In this document: in pieces, positions 52,028-64,000 of the stretch | Layout of the letters: the number at the start of each line of letters is the position of its first letter | Position numbering within the stretch: position 1 is the stretch's first letter | Notes under the pieces: model-generated | What the model saw: the letters and a program-made list of their open reading frames with translations, nothing else | What the model was told of the DNA's origin: nothing | The model's database searches: none | Position numbers and translations under genes: made by a program | NCBI RefSeq assembly: GCF_018350175.1 | Contig: NC_058368.1 | Location: 85,562,001-85,626,000 of the forward strand | Direction: 5' to 3' | DNA length: 64,000 nucleotides | DNA from: Felis catus | Taxonomy: Eukaryota

Positions 52028-53771
52028 ATCATGTCCACGATTTTCAAACGAACAATAAGCAATATAACCTTAAAATGTCTTTGTTTTATTACAAATACTA
52101 ATCTTCAAATTTATTTTTATTGGACCTTGTAGTTTTATAAACTAAAATGGAAGTATGAAATCATATTATATAGAGTCTCAAATTTCAAGATGTCAGAATG
52201 TTAGTGGTGATTATGTCAATTAGGTGAACATTTTAAAACTGTTTTTGTGTTCTACATTTCCAATTGTTACTATTTTTTTCTTGTATTTATACAAGAAAAA
52301 TTCTGACTCAGTGATAAAAAATAAATGTGAAATAGTGAAAAAACGTATCACAAATGGCTGCATTTAGTTTTAAAACCAAATCTGGTAACTTTAAAATAGC
52401 AGGACTTTCCTCCCCCTTATTTATGCAAACCAGATAAATATGTAGAAAATCTCAGAACTACATTTAATAGAACACAAGCTTAGAGTAACCCTGATTTATA
52501 CACCAGAAATTTAGAGATGTTTTCTCTTCATCTTACCTTCTCTTTTCCACAATCAATTGAGGATGTGAATACCATCTTTAGTTCCTATCCCCAGAAATAA
52601 CTTGTAAAGGGAACACGTTTTACTTTCTGGAATATTTTTCCAGCATAGTTCTATTTAACAATATGGTATTTTTTTCTGCTGATGATAATTAACCACAAGG
52701 AAATTTAAGTTGTGTTAATTTTTGTCACATTTTATGTTTTTTTTCACATTCTTCCTTACCTATTCAGCATATAGAGCAATTAACTTTTAATTTGAATCCC
52801 TTTGGCTGTAATGCTGTTTGTACTCCACAATTCCTTTTCTTCAGTAGTAGCTTTTGACCTATAAAGACTTTTGTAGAGAATTGAGCTTATTTTCCTCTTT
52901 TAGAATGTTCCTCTTACTCACAATGTTTGAAGACATTGGGCAGAAATAACATAAAGACTTGGTCCTTATGTATTCTGCCCACAACACCTCATTCAGCTGA
53001 GAGAAGGCTCAGAGCACAACAGTAAACTGGAGATCACAAAGGCATAGGAGCTACTGACATCGTTTTTTTTTTCCCCAAGTAATCTTCTGTAATTATCTGT
53101 AGGTTCTGCATCTCAAATTAGTTACTGGTTCTGCAGTGTTGTGTGTGTGTGTGTGTGTGTGTGTGTTTCTGTGTGACTTCCAAGTTAGTTTATACTTCAG
53201 TACTAGAGAACTCTTCCTATATCCTTGATATTCTGAGCAAGAAAAACACGATTATGCATGAACTTCTGAGAAAGAGTAATAAGGAGGTCAAAGTCCCTAA
53301 AATTGTTATCCAATAGGTGTGTATCTGACACTAAATATTTCTTGCTAACAAAGTTATACTGTGGGTATGAAGTGGGCTCCCTTGTGATTTCCACAATCTT
53401 GATGTAGGGTTATTATTTACTCTTTGAAGGATATTGATAAGTGTGGACATATCTGCACTACTTATATGTCACAGCAATATTCAACTTTATATCCAAGGAA
53501 GGATCCAACTTCTGTTAATCACAGAAGTGGGAACCACCACTGTACCTTATTCTGGTGATTCTGGATTTCAGTACAACTTCTTTGAGGAATATTACCCTGG
53601 TTCATAGACCTTCAAAAAAATTTGTAGTTATGGCTTTGGCAAGTTTTTTTTTTTTTTTTCTCATTATCAGCAAACAGCAAACAGCTGAGTGGACCAATAG
53701 AAATAAATACAATTTTTTTCTGGCAAAACGTGGGATTCTGCTGAAATCAATGTTGAAAAGTTTTCCCTGCT

Positions 53772-53985
53772 GGGGTGCCTGAGTGGTTCAGTTGGTTGAG
53801 CATATGACTTTGGCTCAGGTCATGATCTCACAGTTGGTGGGTTTGAGCCTTGCTTTGGGCTCTGTGCTGATAGCTCAGAGCCTGGAACCTGCTTTGGATT
53901 CTGTGTCTCCCTCTCTCTGCCACTCCCCCACTCACACTCTTTCTCTGTCTCTCAAAAATGAATAAATGTTAAAAAAAATAAAAAG
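53772..53985 (+). mobile_element. Can-SINE
   Basis: SINEC head, body and tail; degenerate TSD GAAAA....CCCTGC. Confidence 0.93.
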
Positions 53986-54168
53986 AAAAATGTCCCCTGC
54001 CTTCTAATCCTCCAAATTTACTACCATATCATGCTATTTATTGAACACCTCTCATGGAAATAAGTATTTTCTAGTTAGAATATGGAAGATAGAAGTATAA
54101 AAAGTGATGTTTTAATCTGAAACTTTTTAAAATTTATAAACTTAAGGTAATATCATAGAAATTATACT

Positions 54169-57100
54169 GGAGGAGGGAGGAGCCAAGATGGTGGAACAGC
54201 ATGGAAGTTTTCTGTGTGTCTCACATCCATGAAATACAGCCAAACCAACAATAAACCATCCTGCACACCTAGAAAACTGATCTGAGGATTAACACAACAA
54301 TATGCACAACCTGAGCCACAGAATTCAGCAGGTACATGGTGCAAAGAGGTGAACTGGGGGAGAGAAGATGCGGAGGGCAGGGAGCCAGTTTTGCATGTGG
54401 AGAGAGGATGGAGATGGGGGTAGAATACAGGAAAAGCACCCCCCCAAATAAAAGCAGCAGGAGAGAAAGTGAAAAAGTGGAAACAGCCACAGGGACTTAA
54501 CTAAAAAGGGAGAAAGGAGAAAGGAGAGGGTTTAAATTCCATTAAGACTTTATAACCAGGTGTAGCACAGAGACTGAAATTCCATAGCTCGATACCTGAT
54601 GGTGCTCTGGTAGGCAGGGCTAATCCCCAGGAGCAGAGTGGACTCCGAGGTTCTTCAGGCCACAGAAGAGAGGTGGATCCCTTACTGGGAGGACACCTGC
54701 TAAAGTCTGTGTGGGTTCCCCAAAGGCAAGGCACCAGTGGACCCAGGAGAACAACCACATACACTGGTGCTGGAACAAGGTTGTTAAGGGTGAAGACTGG
54801 TGCCAGATGTGTGTTATGATTTTCCATAATCCCTGAAATGCTGCTGCTACACTATCTTGTGAAGTTTTTCTGGGGCGGGCTGGCACCTGGCCACAGTCTC
54901 TGGGCATTGGCAGCAGCATGGTCCTGAGAACATTCCTGGGTGCAGCCAGCACCTGGCCATTGCTCAGCGAGACCCTCCTTCAGAGGCACAGAATGGGTCA
55001 AAGCCACAGTCCCTCAGAAATAAGGGGTCGGGAAAAACAGCCACATTGGAGACAAAACTCAGGAGGGAGATGCTTCCTAGGGCTTGGTCACGGACTGTGT
55101 AAAAGCAGGGAGTGGACGAAAGCCAAACACAAAAGACAGGTGTGTGAATGCTGATCAGGGAGAACAGAGTTCCAATACTAGAGACTGAGTAGCTGGGTGA
55201 CACATTTTCACCAGTCCCCTGCATGCGCATATGCAGCTAGAAGTGCCAAAACATTCCACCCCAGAAAGCTAAGCAGCAACATCTAGTGGAGAACAGAGCC
55301 ATTACATTAAGCCCTGCCTAACTGGACCAGCCTCTCTTTTCAGGAACACAAGTCTCTCTGCCTGCTTAGTTTATGGTTTGACTTCTAGGGGAAAACAAGT
55401 AATTTCAGTCGGATTTCAGTCTGTTCGCTGATCCATCCATTCAACATTCTTTCTTTGTTTCCTTTTTTTTCTTTTTTCTTTTTTCTCTTTTTCATTTCTT
55501 TCCTTTCTCTTGAATATAGAAAGAGAAAAAAATTTATTTTCAATTTTTATTAGAAATATTCTTAAATTATTTTCTACTATATTTTTTATTTTTGTGTAAA
55601 TTTTTTTCAATTTCTATTTTACTTCAATCATTTAATTTTAGTTTACTTCAGTGTATTTACTTTTTTAAATTTGCAAACGATTTCCTTTTTTTTCCCTTTC
55701 CCTTTTTTTCTCTAATGTATCAAGCCCCTTCCAACACCCAGACCAAAACACACCTAGGATCTAGCATCATTTATTAGATTTTTTTTGTATGTGTTTGTTT
55801 TTAATTGTTTGATTTTAATATTTTTTTTAATTTTAATTTTTTAAAATTTTCTTTTACCTCATGAATTCCTTTTCTCCCTTCAAAATGACAAAAAGAAGAA
55901 ATCCACCCCAAAAGAAAGAGCAGGAAGAAACAACAGCCAGGGACTTAACCAACACAGATGCAAGCAAGATGTCTGAACCAGAATTTAGAATCACGATAAT
56001 AAGAATACTAACTGGCATCGAAAATAGATTAGAATCACTTTCTGCAGAGATAAAAGAAGTGAAATCTAGTCAGACCACAATAAAAAATACCACAAGTGAG
56101 CTGCAATATTGAATGGATGCCATGAGAGCAAGGGTAGATGAGGCAGAACAGAGTATCAGCAATATAGAGGACAAACTTATGGAAAATAATGAAGCAGAAA
56201 AAGAGAGGGAAATTAAGGCAAAAGAGCAATTTTTAAGAATTAGAGAAATTAGTGACCCATTAAAAATGAACAACAGCAGAATCATAGGGGTCCCAGAAAT
56301 GGAATAGAGAGAAATAGGGGTAGAAAAGTTATGTGAGTAATTCATAGCAGAAAACTTTCCTAACCTGGGCAAAGACATAGACACCAAAATCCAAAGGACA
56401 GAAGACTCCCATTAGATTTAACAAAAACCTACCATCAACAAGGCATATCATAGTCAAATTCACAAAATACTCAGGCAAGGAAAGAATCCTGAAAGTAGCA
56501 GCCCTTAACCTCCAAGGGATGACAGGTCAGGTTTGCAGCAGACCTAATCACAGAAACTTAGCTGGCCAGAAACTAGTGGCAGATATATTCAATGTGCTGA
56601 ATCAGAAAAATATGCAGCCATGAATTCATTATCCAGCAAGACTGTCATTCAAAATAGAAGGAAGGATAAAAAGTTTCCTAGAAAAACAAAAATTGACCAC
56701 TAAACCAGCCCTGCAAGAAATTTTAAGGGGGACTCTCTGAGGGGAGAAAAGTTGAAAAAATAAATAAAATAAATAAGTAAATAAATAAATAAATAAATAC
56801 CAAAAGCAACAAGACTAGAAAGAACCAGAGAACACCACCAGAAACTCCAACTCTACAAACAACATAATGGCAATAATTCAAGTCTTTCAGTACTCACTCT
56901 AAAGGTCAATGGACTCAATGCTCAAAGACATAGGGTAACAGAATGGATAGGAAAACAAGATCCATCTATATGCTGTATACAAGAGACCCACTTTAGACCT
57001 AAAGACACCTTCAGATTGAAACTAAGGGGATGGAGAACCATCTATCATGCTAATGGTCAACAAAAGAAAGCCAGAGTAACCATACTTATAACAGACAATC

Positions 57101-60100
57101 TAGACTTTAAAATAAAGATTGTATCAAGAGATGAAGTAGAGCATTATATCATAATTAAGGGGTCTATCCACCAAGAATACCTAACAATTGTAAACATTTA
57201 GGCGCGAAATGTGGGAGCACCCAAATATATACATCAATTAATCATAAACCAAAATAAACTCATTGATAATGATACCATAATAGTGGGGGACTTCAACACC
57301 CCACTCATAGCAAAGGACAGATTAATCAGAAAATCAACAAGAAAACAATGGCTTTGAATGACACACTGGACCAGATGGACTTAACAGATATTTTCAGAAC
57401 ATTTCACCCTAAAGAATAGGATAGACTACACACTGGGACACAAATCAGCCCTCAAAAAGTACAAAAGATCAAGATCATACTGTGCATAAATACTATGAAA
57501 CTTGAAATCAACCACAAGAAAAACTTTGGAAAGGTAACAAATACTTGGAGACTAAAGAACATCCTATTAAAGAATTAATGGGCTAACCAAGAAGTTAAAG
57601 AGGAAATTAAAAAGTTCATGGAAGCCAATGAAAATGATAACACCACAACCCAAAGATCTCTGACATTCATGATAGGTTGTCAGAGGAGGAAAGTATATAC
57701 AATCCAGGCCTTCCTAAAGAATGAAGAAAGATCTCAGATGCAAAACCTAACCTTACACCTTAAAGAGCTGGAAAAAGACTAACAAATACAACCCCAAACC
57801 AGCAGAAGACGGGAAATAATAAGGATTAGAGCAGAAATTAATGCTATCGAAACAGCAAAAACCAAAACACACAAACAAAAAACCAGTAAAACAGATCAAT
57901 GAAACCAGAAGATGGTTCTTTGAAAAAATTAACAAAATTGATAAACCACAAGCCAGTTTGATCAAAAAGAAAAAGGAAAGGACCCAAATAAACAAAATCA
58001 AGAATGAAAGAGAAGAGATCACAACCAACACAGCAGAAATACAAACAGTAATAAGAGAATATAATGTGCAATTATGTGCCAATAAAATGGGCAATCTGGA
58101 AGAAATGGAGGAATTCCTAGAAACATATACACTACCAAAACTGAAACAGGAAGAAATAGAAAATTTGAACAGACCCATAACCAGGATAGAAATTGAGTTA
58201 GTAATCAAAAATCTGCCAAAAAAAAAAAAAAAAAAAAAAAAAAAACAAGAGTACAGGGCCAAATGGCTTTCCAGGGGAATTCCACCAAACATTTAAGTAA
58301 GAGTTAATACCTACTCTCTTCAAGGTGTTCCAAAAAATAGAAATGGAAGGAAAACTTCCAAACTCTTTCTATGAAGCCAGCATTACCTTGATTCCAAAAT
58401 CAGACAGAGACCCCACTAAAAAGGAGAACCATAGACCCATTTCCCTGATGAACATGGATGCAAAAATCCTCAACAAGATATTAGCCAACTGGATCCAACC
58501 ATACATTAAAAAAATTATTCACCATGACCAAGTGGGATTTATAACTGGGATGCAGGGCTGGTTCAATATCTACAAAACAATTAATGTGATTCATCACCTC
58601 AATAAAAAAAAAAGGGACAAGAACCATATGATCTTCTCAATTGATGCAGAGAAAGCATTTGACAAAATACAGCATTGTTTCTTGATAAAAAACCCTCAAT
58701 AAGTAGAGATAGAAGGATCATACCTCAAGATCATAAAAGCCATATACAAAAAACCCAACACTAATATCATCCTCAGTGGGAAAACACTGAGAGCTTTCCC
58801 CTTAAGGTCAGGAACAAGACAGGGATGTCCACTGTCACCACTGTTATTCAACATAGTATTAGAAGTCTTAGCCTCCACAATCAGACAACACAAAGTAATA
58901 AAAGCATCCAAATCAGCCAAGAGGAGTTCAAACTTTCACCCTTCACAGATGACACGATACTCTATATGGAAAACCCAAAAGATTCCACCAAAAAACTGCT
59001 AGAACTGGTCCATCAATTCAGCAAAGTTGCAGGATATAAAATCAACACAGAGAAATCGGTTGCATTCCTATTCACCAACAATGAAGCAACAGAAAGAGAA
59101 ATCAAGGAATTGATCCCATTTACAGTTGCACAAAAAACCATAAAATACCTAGGAATAAATCTAACCAAAGGGGTGAAATATCTATACACTGAAAACTGTA
59201 GAAAGCTTGTGAAAGAAATTGAAGAAGACACAAAAAAATGGGAAAAGATTCCATGTTCCTGGATAGGAAGAACAAATATTGTTAAAATGTCAATACTACC
59301 CAAAGCAATGTACATTTTCGGTGCAATCCCTGTCAAAATAAGACTATTATTATTCTCAGAGCTAGAACAAACAATCCTAAAATTCATATGGAACCAGAAA
59401 AGACCCCTGATAGCCAAAGCAATCCTGAAAAAGAAAGGCAAAGCAGGAGGCATCACACTCCCAGACTTCAAGTTATACTACAAAGCTGTAATCATCAAGA
59501 CAGTATGGTACTAGAACCAGAACAGACACTCAGATCAATGGAACAGAATAGAGAACCCAGAAACGGACCCACAAACATAAGACCAACTAACCTTTGACAA
59601 AGCAGGAATGAATATACAATGGAATAAAGACAGACTCTTCAGCAAGGGGTGCTGGGAAAACTGGACAGCAATATGCAGAAGAATGAACCTGGACCACTTT
59701 CTTACACTATACACAAAAATAAACTCAAAATGGATGAAAGACCTCATTGTAAGACAGGAAGCCATCAAAATCCTTGAGGAGAAAGGAGGCAAAAACCTCT
59801 TTGATCTTGACTGCAGCAACTTCTAACTCAACATGTCTCTAGAGGCAAGGGAAACAAAAGCAAAAATGAACTACTGGGACCTTATCAAAATAAAAAGCTT
59901 TTGCACAGCAAAGGAAACAATCAGCAAAGCTAAAAGGCAACTGACACAATGGGAGAAGATATTCACAAATGACATATCAGATAAAGGGTTAGTATCCAAA
60001 ATCTATAAAGAACTTATCAAACTCAACATCCAAAAAAAAAATAGTCCAGTGAGGAAATGGGCAAAAGACATGAATAGACACTTTTCCAAAGAAGACATTC

Positions 60101-60266
60101 AGATGGCCAACCAACACATGAAAAATGCTCAATATCACTCATCATCAGGAAAATGCAAATCAAAACCACAATGTGATACCACCTCACCCTTGTCAGAATG
60201 TTTAACATTAACAACTCAGGCAACAACAGATGTTGGTGAGGATTCAGAGAAAGAGGATCTGTTTTG
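54169..60266 (+). mobile_element. L1 with complete 5' end, 3'-truncated in the ORF2 C-domain
   Basis: GGAGCCAAGATGG start, 1.7-kb 5'UTR, ORF1 ATG 55885, ORF2 ATG 56867, multiple stops and frameshifts. Confidence 0.94.
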
Positions 60267-61125
60267 GGAGTCCCACCATGTTGGTGTTGGGGAGAAAATG
60301 GTGCCATGACAATCTTTCATCCTAGGACTAGGGATTTCAAACCCTGCTGTTCAGGCAGCTCTCATGGATTAGTGAGGGAAGCCAGTTTGCCATGATTCAA
60401 AACTCCTGTGTTTTTTCTTTGGCTTGCAGCTGGGATTCAAAACCCAAAGTCTTAATGGACCTAGCCTTTGGCACACAGCTGAGATTCAAAACCTAAAGTC
60501 TTGAAAGACTGGCTTAGAATGGATCTTCTCACCTCTTCCAGAGTAGACCCTCTCCATGCTGCTGATGAAAGATCTTTGGCAGGCACCTGCAGGGTCTTTT
60601 TTCCTTGAAGGGGAGGGAGGTGAAATAAACCCTCTTCCAGAAGGACTCCAGGAAGAGACTCTTCTCTCCCAGTGCACCCCAGAGATCAACCCACCACACT
60701 ACTCATTCTGGGGCCAGCTCCTCCTCCCCAGGAGTGCACACAACAGCCCTGCTTCTGAGAAAGTCACACACTTCCAAAACCTCAGAGTTCGAACTCCAAA
60801 AGATGTTTGCAAAAAAGAATTGGGACACTCAGTACTTTTCACTCCCCTGTCCTTGGTCCACTTTCTCAACCACTTTCTTTTTCTCTCCCTTTTGTCTCTC
60901 CATAGAAAGTCTTGCCTTGTATCCACAGCTCTGCCATTCTCTCTCCCCAGTTTCATATCCACTCACCTTGTATCAGCCAAGCTGCCTCACTCCAACTGTG
61001 GAGATCCTTTTGCCACACGACAGATCTATTTCCTGGGTGTTCTAAGTAATCTGACATCAAAATAGCTGTGTTTCAGGGATGATGAAAACCCTGAGTCCCC
61101 CTTCTTTGCCATTTTACATCCTTTC
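60267..61125 (-). mobile_element. L1 5'UTR fragment
   Basis: Reverse complement resembles the 5' end at 16607-16800. Confidence 0.75.
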
Positions 61126-61129
61126 CTGA

Positions 61130-63925
61130 AAATGTAGGTATTTTGACAGGGATTGAATTACATCTGTAGTTTGCTTTGATTAGTATGGTAATTTTAACAA
61201 TATTGATTCTCCGAATACACGAGCATTGGATATCTTTCCATTTGTTTATGTTATCTTCAATTTTTCATCAATGCTTTAGAGTTTCCTGAGTACAAATATT
61301 TTGTCTCCTTCATTAAGTTTATTTCTAGGTAGTTAAGTCTTATTGGCACATGGATAAATGCAATTTTCTTAGTTTCTCTTTCTACTAATTCATTATTAGT
61401 GTACAGAAATTCAATAGATTTCTGTGTATTAATTTGGTAACCTGTGAATTTACAAAATTTATTTATCCGTTCCAGTAGTTTTTGGCTTTCTATATGTTGC
61501 ATCATGTCATGTGCAAATAGTGTCTTTTAATTCTTCTGTATGAATTTGGATGCCTTTAATTTCTCTTTTTAAACTGACTGCTGTAGCTAGGAGTTATAGA
61601 ATTATATTGAATAAAAGTGGTGATAGTGGACACCCTTGTGTTGTTAGTTATATTAGAGGAAAAACCAAATTTTTCACAACTGAGTTGATGTTAGCTCTGG
61701 GGTTTTCACCTATGGCCTTTTCATGTTGAGGTATGTTTTTTCTAAACTTGGTTTGTTGGGAGGTTTTTTTTTTTTTTTTTCTTTTTCCAAGAATGGATGT
61801 TGTACACTGTTAGTAGCTTTTTCTGCATCTGTTGAGATAATAATATATTTTTTATCCTCTTTTTTTGTTGTTGTTGTTAATATGATGTATCATATTGATT
61901 GATTTTTAAATATTGAACCACCCTTGTATCCCTGGAATAAATCTCACTTGATCATAATGAATGATTTTTAAAATGTATTATTATATATGGTTTCCTAATA
62001 TCTTTATGAAGGTGTTTATATCTATGCTCATCAGAGATACTGGTCTGTAATTTTCTTTTTCTAGAGTGTTTTTAATGGTTTTGGGGTCAGGATAATGCTG
62101 ACCATGTAGAATGAGTTTGGAAATTCCTCTTCTGCTTCTTTTTTTGGAATAGTTTGAGAAGAATGCTATTATCTCTCCTTTAAATGTTTGGTAGAATGCA
62201 TCTGTGAAGCCATTTGATCCTGGTGTTTGTTTGTTGGACATTTTTTTTTTATTATTGATTCAATTTCATTGATAGTAATTGGCATATTCAAGTTTTCTAT
62301 TTTTTTCTAATTAAGGTTTGGAAAGTTGTATTTTTTAGGTATTTTCCACTTTTTCTAGATTGCCCAACTTCTTGGCATATAGTTTTTCATAGTATTCTCA
62401 CATAATCTTTTGTATTTTTGTAGTGTTGGTTGTTATGTCTCCTCCTTTTGCTTTTATTTGAGTCCTCTCTCTCTCTCTTCCTCTCACTCTCTCTCTTCCT
62501 GTCTATGAACTTGAGTAAAGGTTTATCAATTTTGTTTCTCTTTTAAAAAAGCCACTTTCTGGTTTCATTGATTGGTTTCATTTTGTGTGTGCATGTGTTT
62601 GTATGTGTGTGTTGAGGGTTAATTATCTCTTTCATTTATTTCTTCTCTAATCTTTATCATTTCCTCTGTGCTGGTTTGGAGCTTTGCTCTTCCTTTTCTA
62701 GCTCCTTTATTTTTTATTTCTTCTTTGATTTCTTGGTTGACCCAATCATTGTTTGGTAATATGAACTTAACCTGCATGTATTTCTCTTCTTTCTTTCTTT
62801 TTTTTTTTTTTAATTTATCTACAGTTTCATATTGTGGTTGGGAAAGAGGCATGATGTGACTTCAATATTTTAAAATGTTTTATGGCATAAAATGTGATCT
62901 ATTTTGTGATCTATTTTGAAAAATGTTCTACATTCATTTGAAAAGAATGTGTATTCTGCTGCTTTTGGATGGAATGTTCTGAATATACATTTGTAGGGCC
63001 ATTTGATCCAATGTGTCATTTAAAGACAGAGTTTCCTTGTTGATTTTTTCTTTGGACAATCTATTCATTGATGTAAGTGGGTGCTAAAGTCCCCTATTAT
63101 TTTTGCATTTCTGTCAATTTCTTTCTTTATATCTGCTAATAGTTGTTTTATATATTTTGGTACTCCAAAGTTAGTGCATAAATATTTATAATAAGTATGG
63201 CCTCTTGTTGGCTGTTCCCATTAATAATAATACATTATTATCGATAATAATACATTATTATCGGTAATAATGTGTTATTATCAATAATAATGTATTATTA
63301 TCAATAATAATGTATTATTATTATTTGTCTCTATTTCAGTCTTTGTTTTAAGGTCTATTTTGTCTGATATGTGTATTGCTACCCTATATTTCTTTTTGCT
63401 TCTGTTTTCATGGTACCTGTTTTCCATCCCTTCACTTTAAATCTCCAGGTGTATTTTATCTATATTGCCACACTCTGTCTTCTAACTGCAGCACTTAATC
63501 CATTTCTATTTAAACTAATTTTTGATAGAGATATACTTATTGCCATTTTGTCTGTTGTTTTATGGTAGTTTTTGTGTTTCTATGTTCCTTTCTTTTTCTC
63601 TTGCTCTCTTCCCTTATGGATTGATGGCTTCTTCAGTGATATGTTTAATTTCCTTTTCCTTTTGTGTGTGTGTATTGATTTATGGTTACCATTTGATTTA
63701 TTCATTGATTTATTCATTGATTTATGGTTACCAGGTTTTGATTTATGGTTACCATTTGGTTCATGTATAACACCTTATGCATACAATGGATTATATTAAT
63801 TTAAGCCATTCAAAAAGCACTAAATTTTTACTCCTCTCTCCACATTTTGTGTACATGATGGCATCATTTATATCCTTTTATTTTGTGTTTCTTTTGCCAA
63901 ATTTTATAAATATAACTGATTATAA
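61130..63925 (-). mobile_element. Degenerate L1 ORF2 5' portion to the inter-ORF region
   Basis: Peptides GYQINTQKSIEFLYTNN and ENYRPVSLM; EN-domain sequence. Confidence 0.85.
63221..63322. repeat. 5 x 20-bp AT-rich palindromic minisatellite
   Basis: Units TAATAA(TACA/TGTG/TGTA)TTATTA joined by TCGA, TCGG, TCAA, TCAA. Confidence 0.92.
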
Positions 63926-63927
63926 TG

Positions 63928-64000
63928 CTTTTTTTAATGTTTATTTTTGAGACAGAGAGAGGAAGAGTGCAAGCAAGGGTGGGGCAGGAGAAAGGGAGAC
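63928..64000 (-). mobile_element. Can-SINE tail end, cut by the window edge
   Basis: TTTTAATGTTTATTTTTGAGACAGAGAGA. Confidence 0.85.

Noticed and set aside
53203..53782. Second OR gene or pseudogene in the repeat-poor island
   Set aside because: No OR motifs in the translated frames provided
60556..61065. 169-aa ORF antisense to an L1 5'UTR
   Set aside because: No matching open frame seen in the related 5'UTR at 16607; probably chance
63221..63322. CRISPR-like array
   Set aside because: No unique spacers, mammalian DNA and no cas genes; it is a minisatellite

Overview
Felid (cat-like) genomic DNA from an olfactory-receptor cluster; the lineage is inferred from SINEC_Fc-type SINEs and an L1_Fc-type LINE. 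The only supportable protein-coding gene is an intact OR2AJ1-like olfactory receptor (1512-2450, +). The rest is mostly a nested transposon graveyard: one young full-length L1 with TSDs, several older full-length or fragmented L1s with at least five 5'UTR types, 17 Can-SINEs, two related solo LTRs, an older ERV1 LTR end, and MER33-like and Tigger2a-like DNA transposons split by L1s. I found no convincing new biological system. The most interesting items are structural: a double-5'UTR L1 with a candidate antisense ORF, a twin-primed L1 piece lacking its 3' end, an old L1 spread over about 17 kb by nested insertions, an ORF2 microsatellite hotspot shared by five copies, and a 100-bp AT-rich palindromic array. 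Repeat family names come from recalled consensus sequences and need Dfam/RepeatMasker confirmation.
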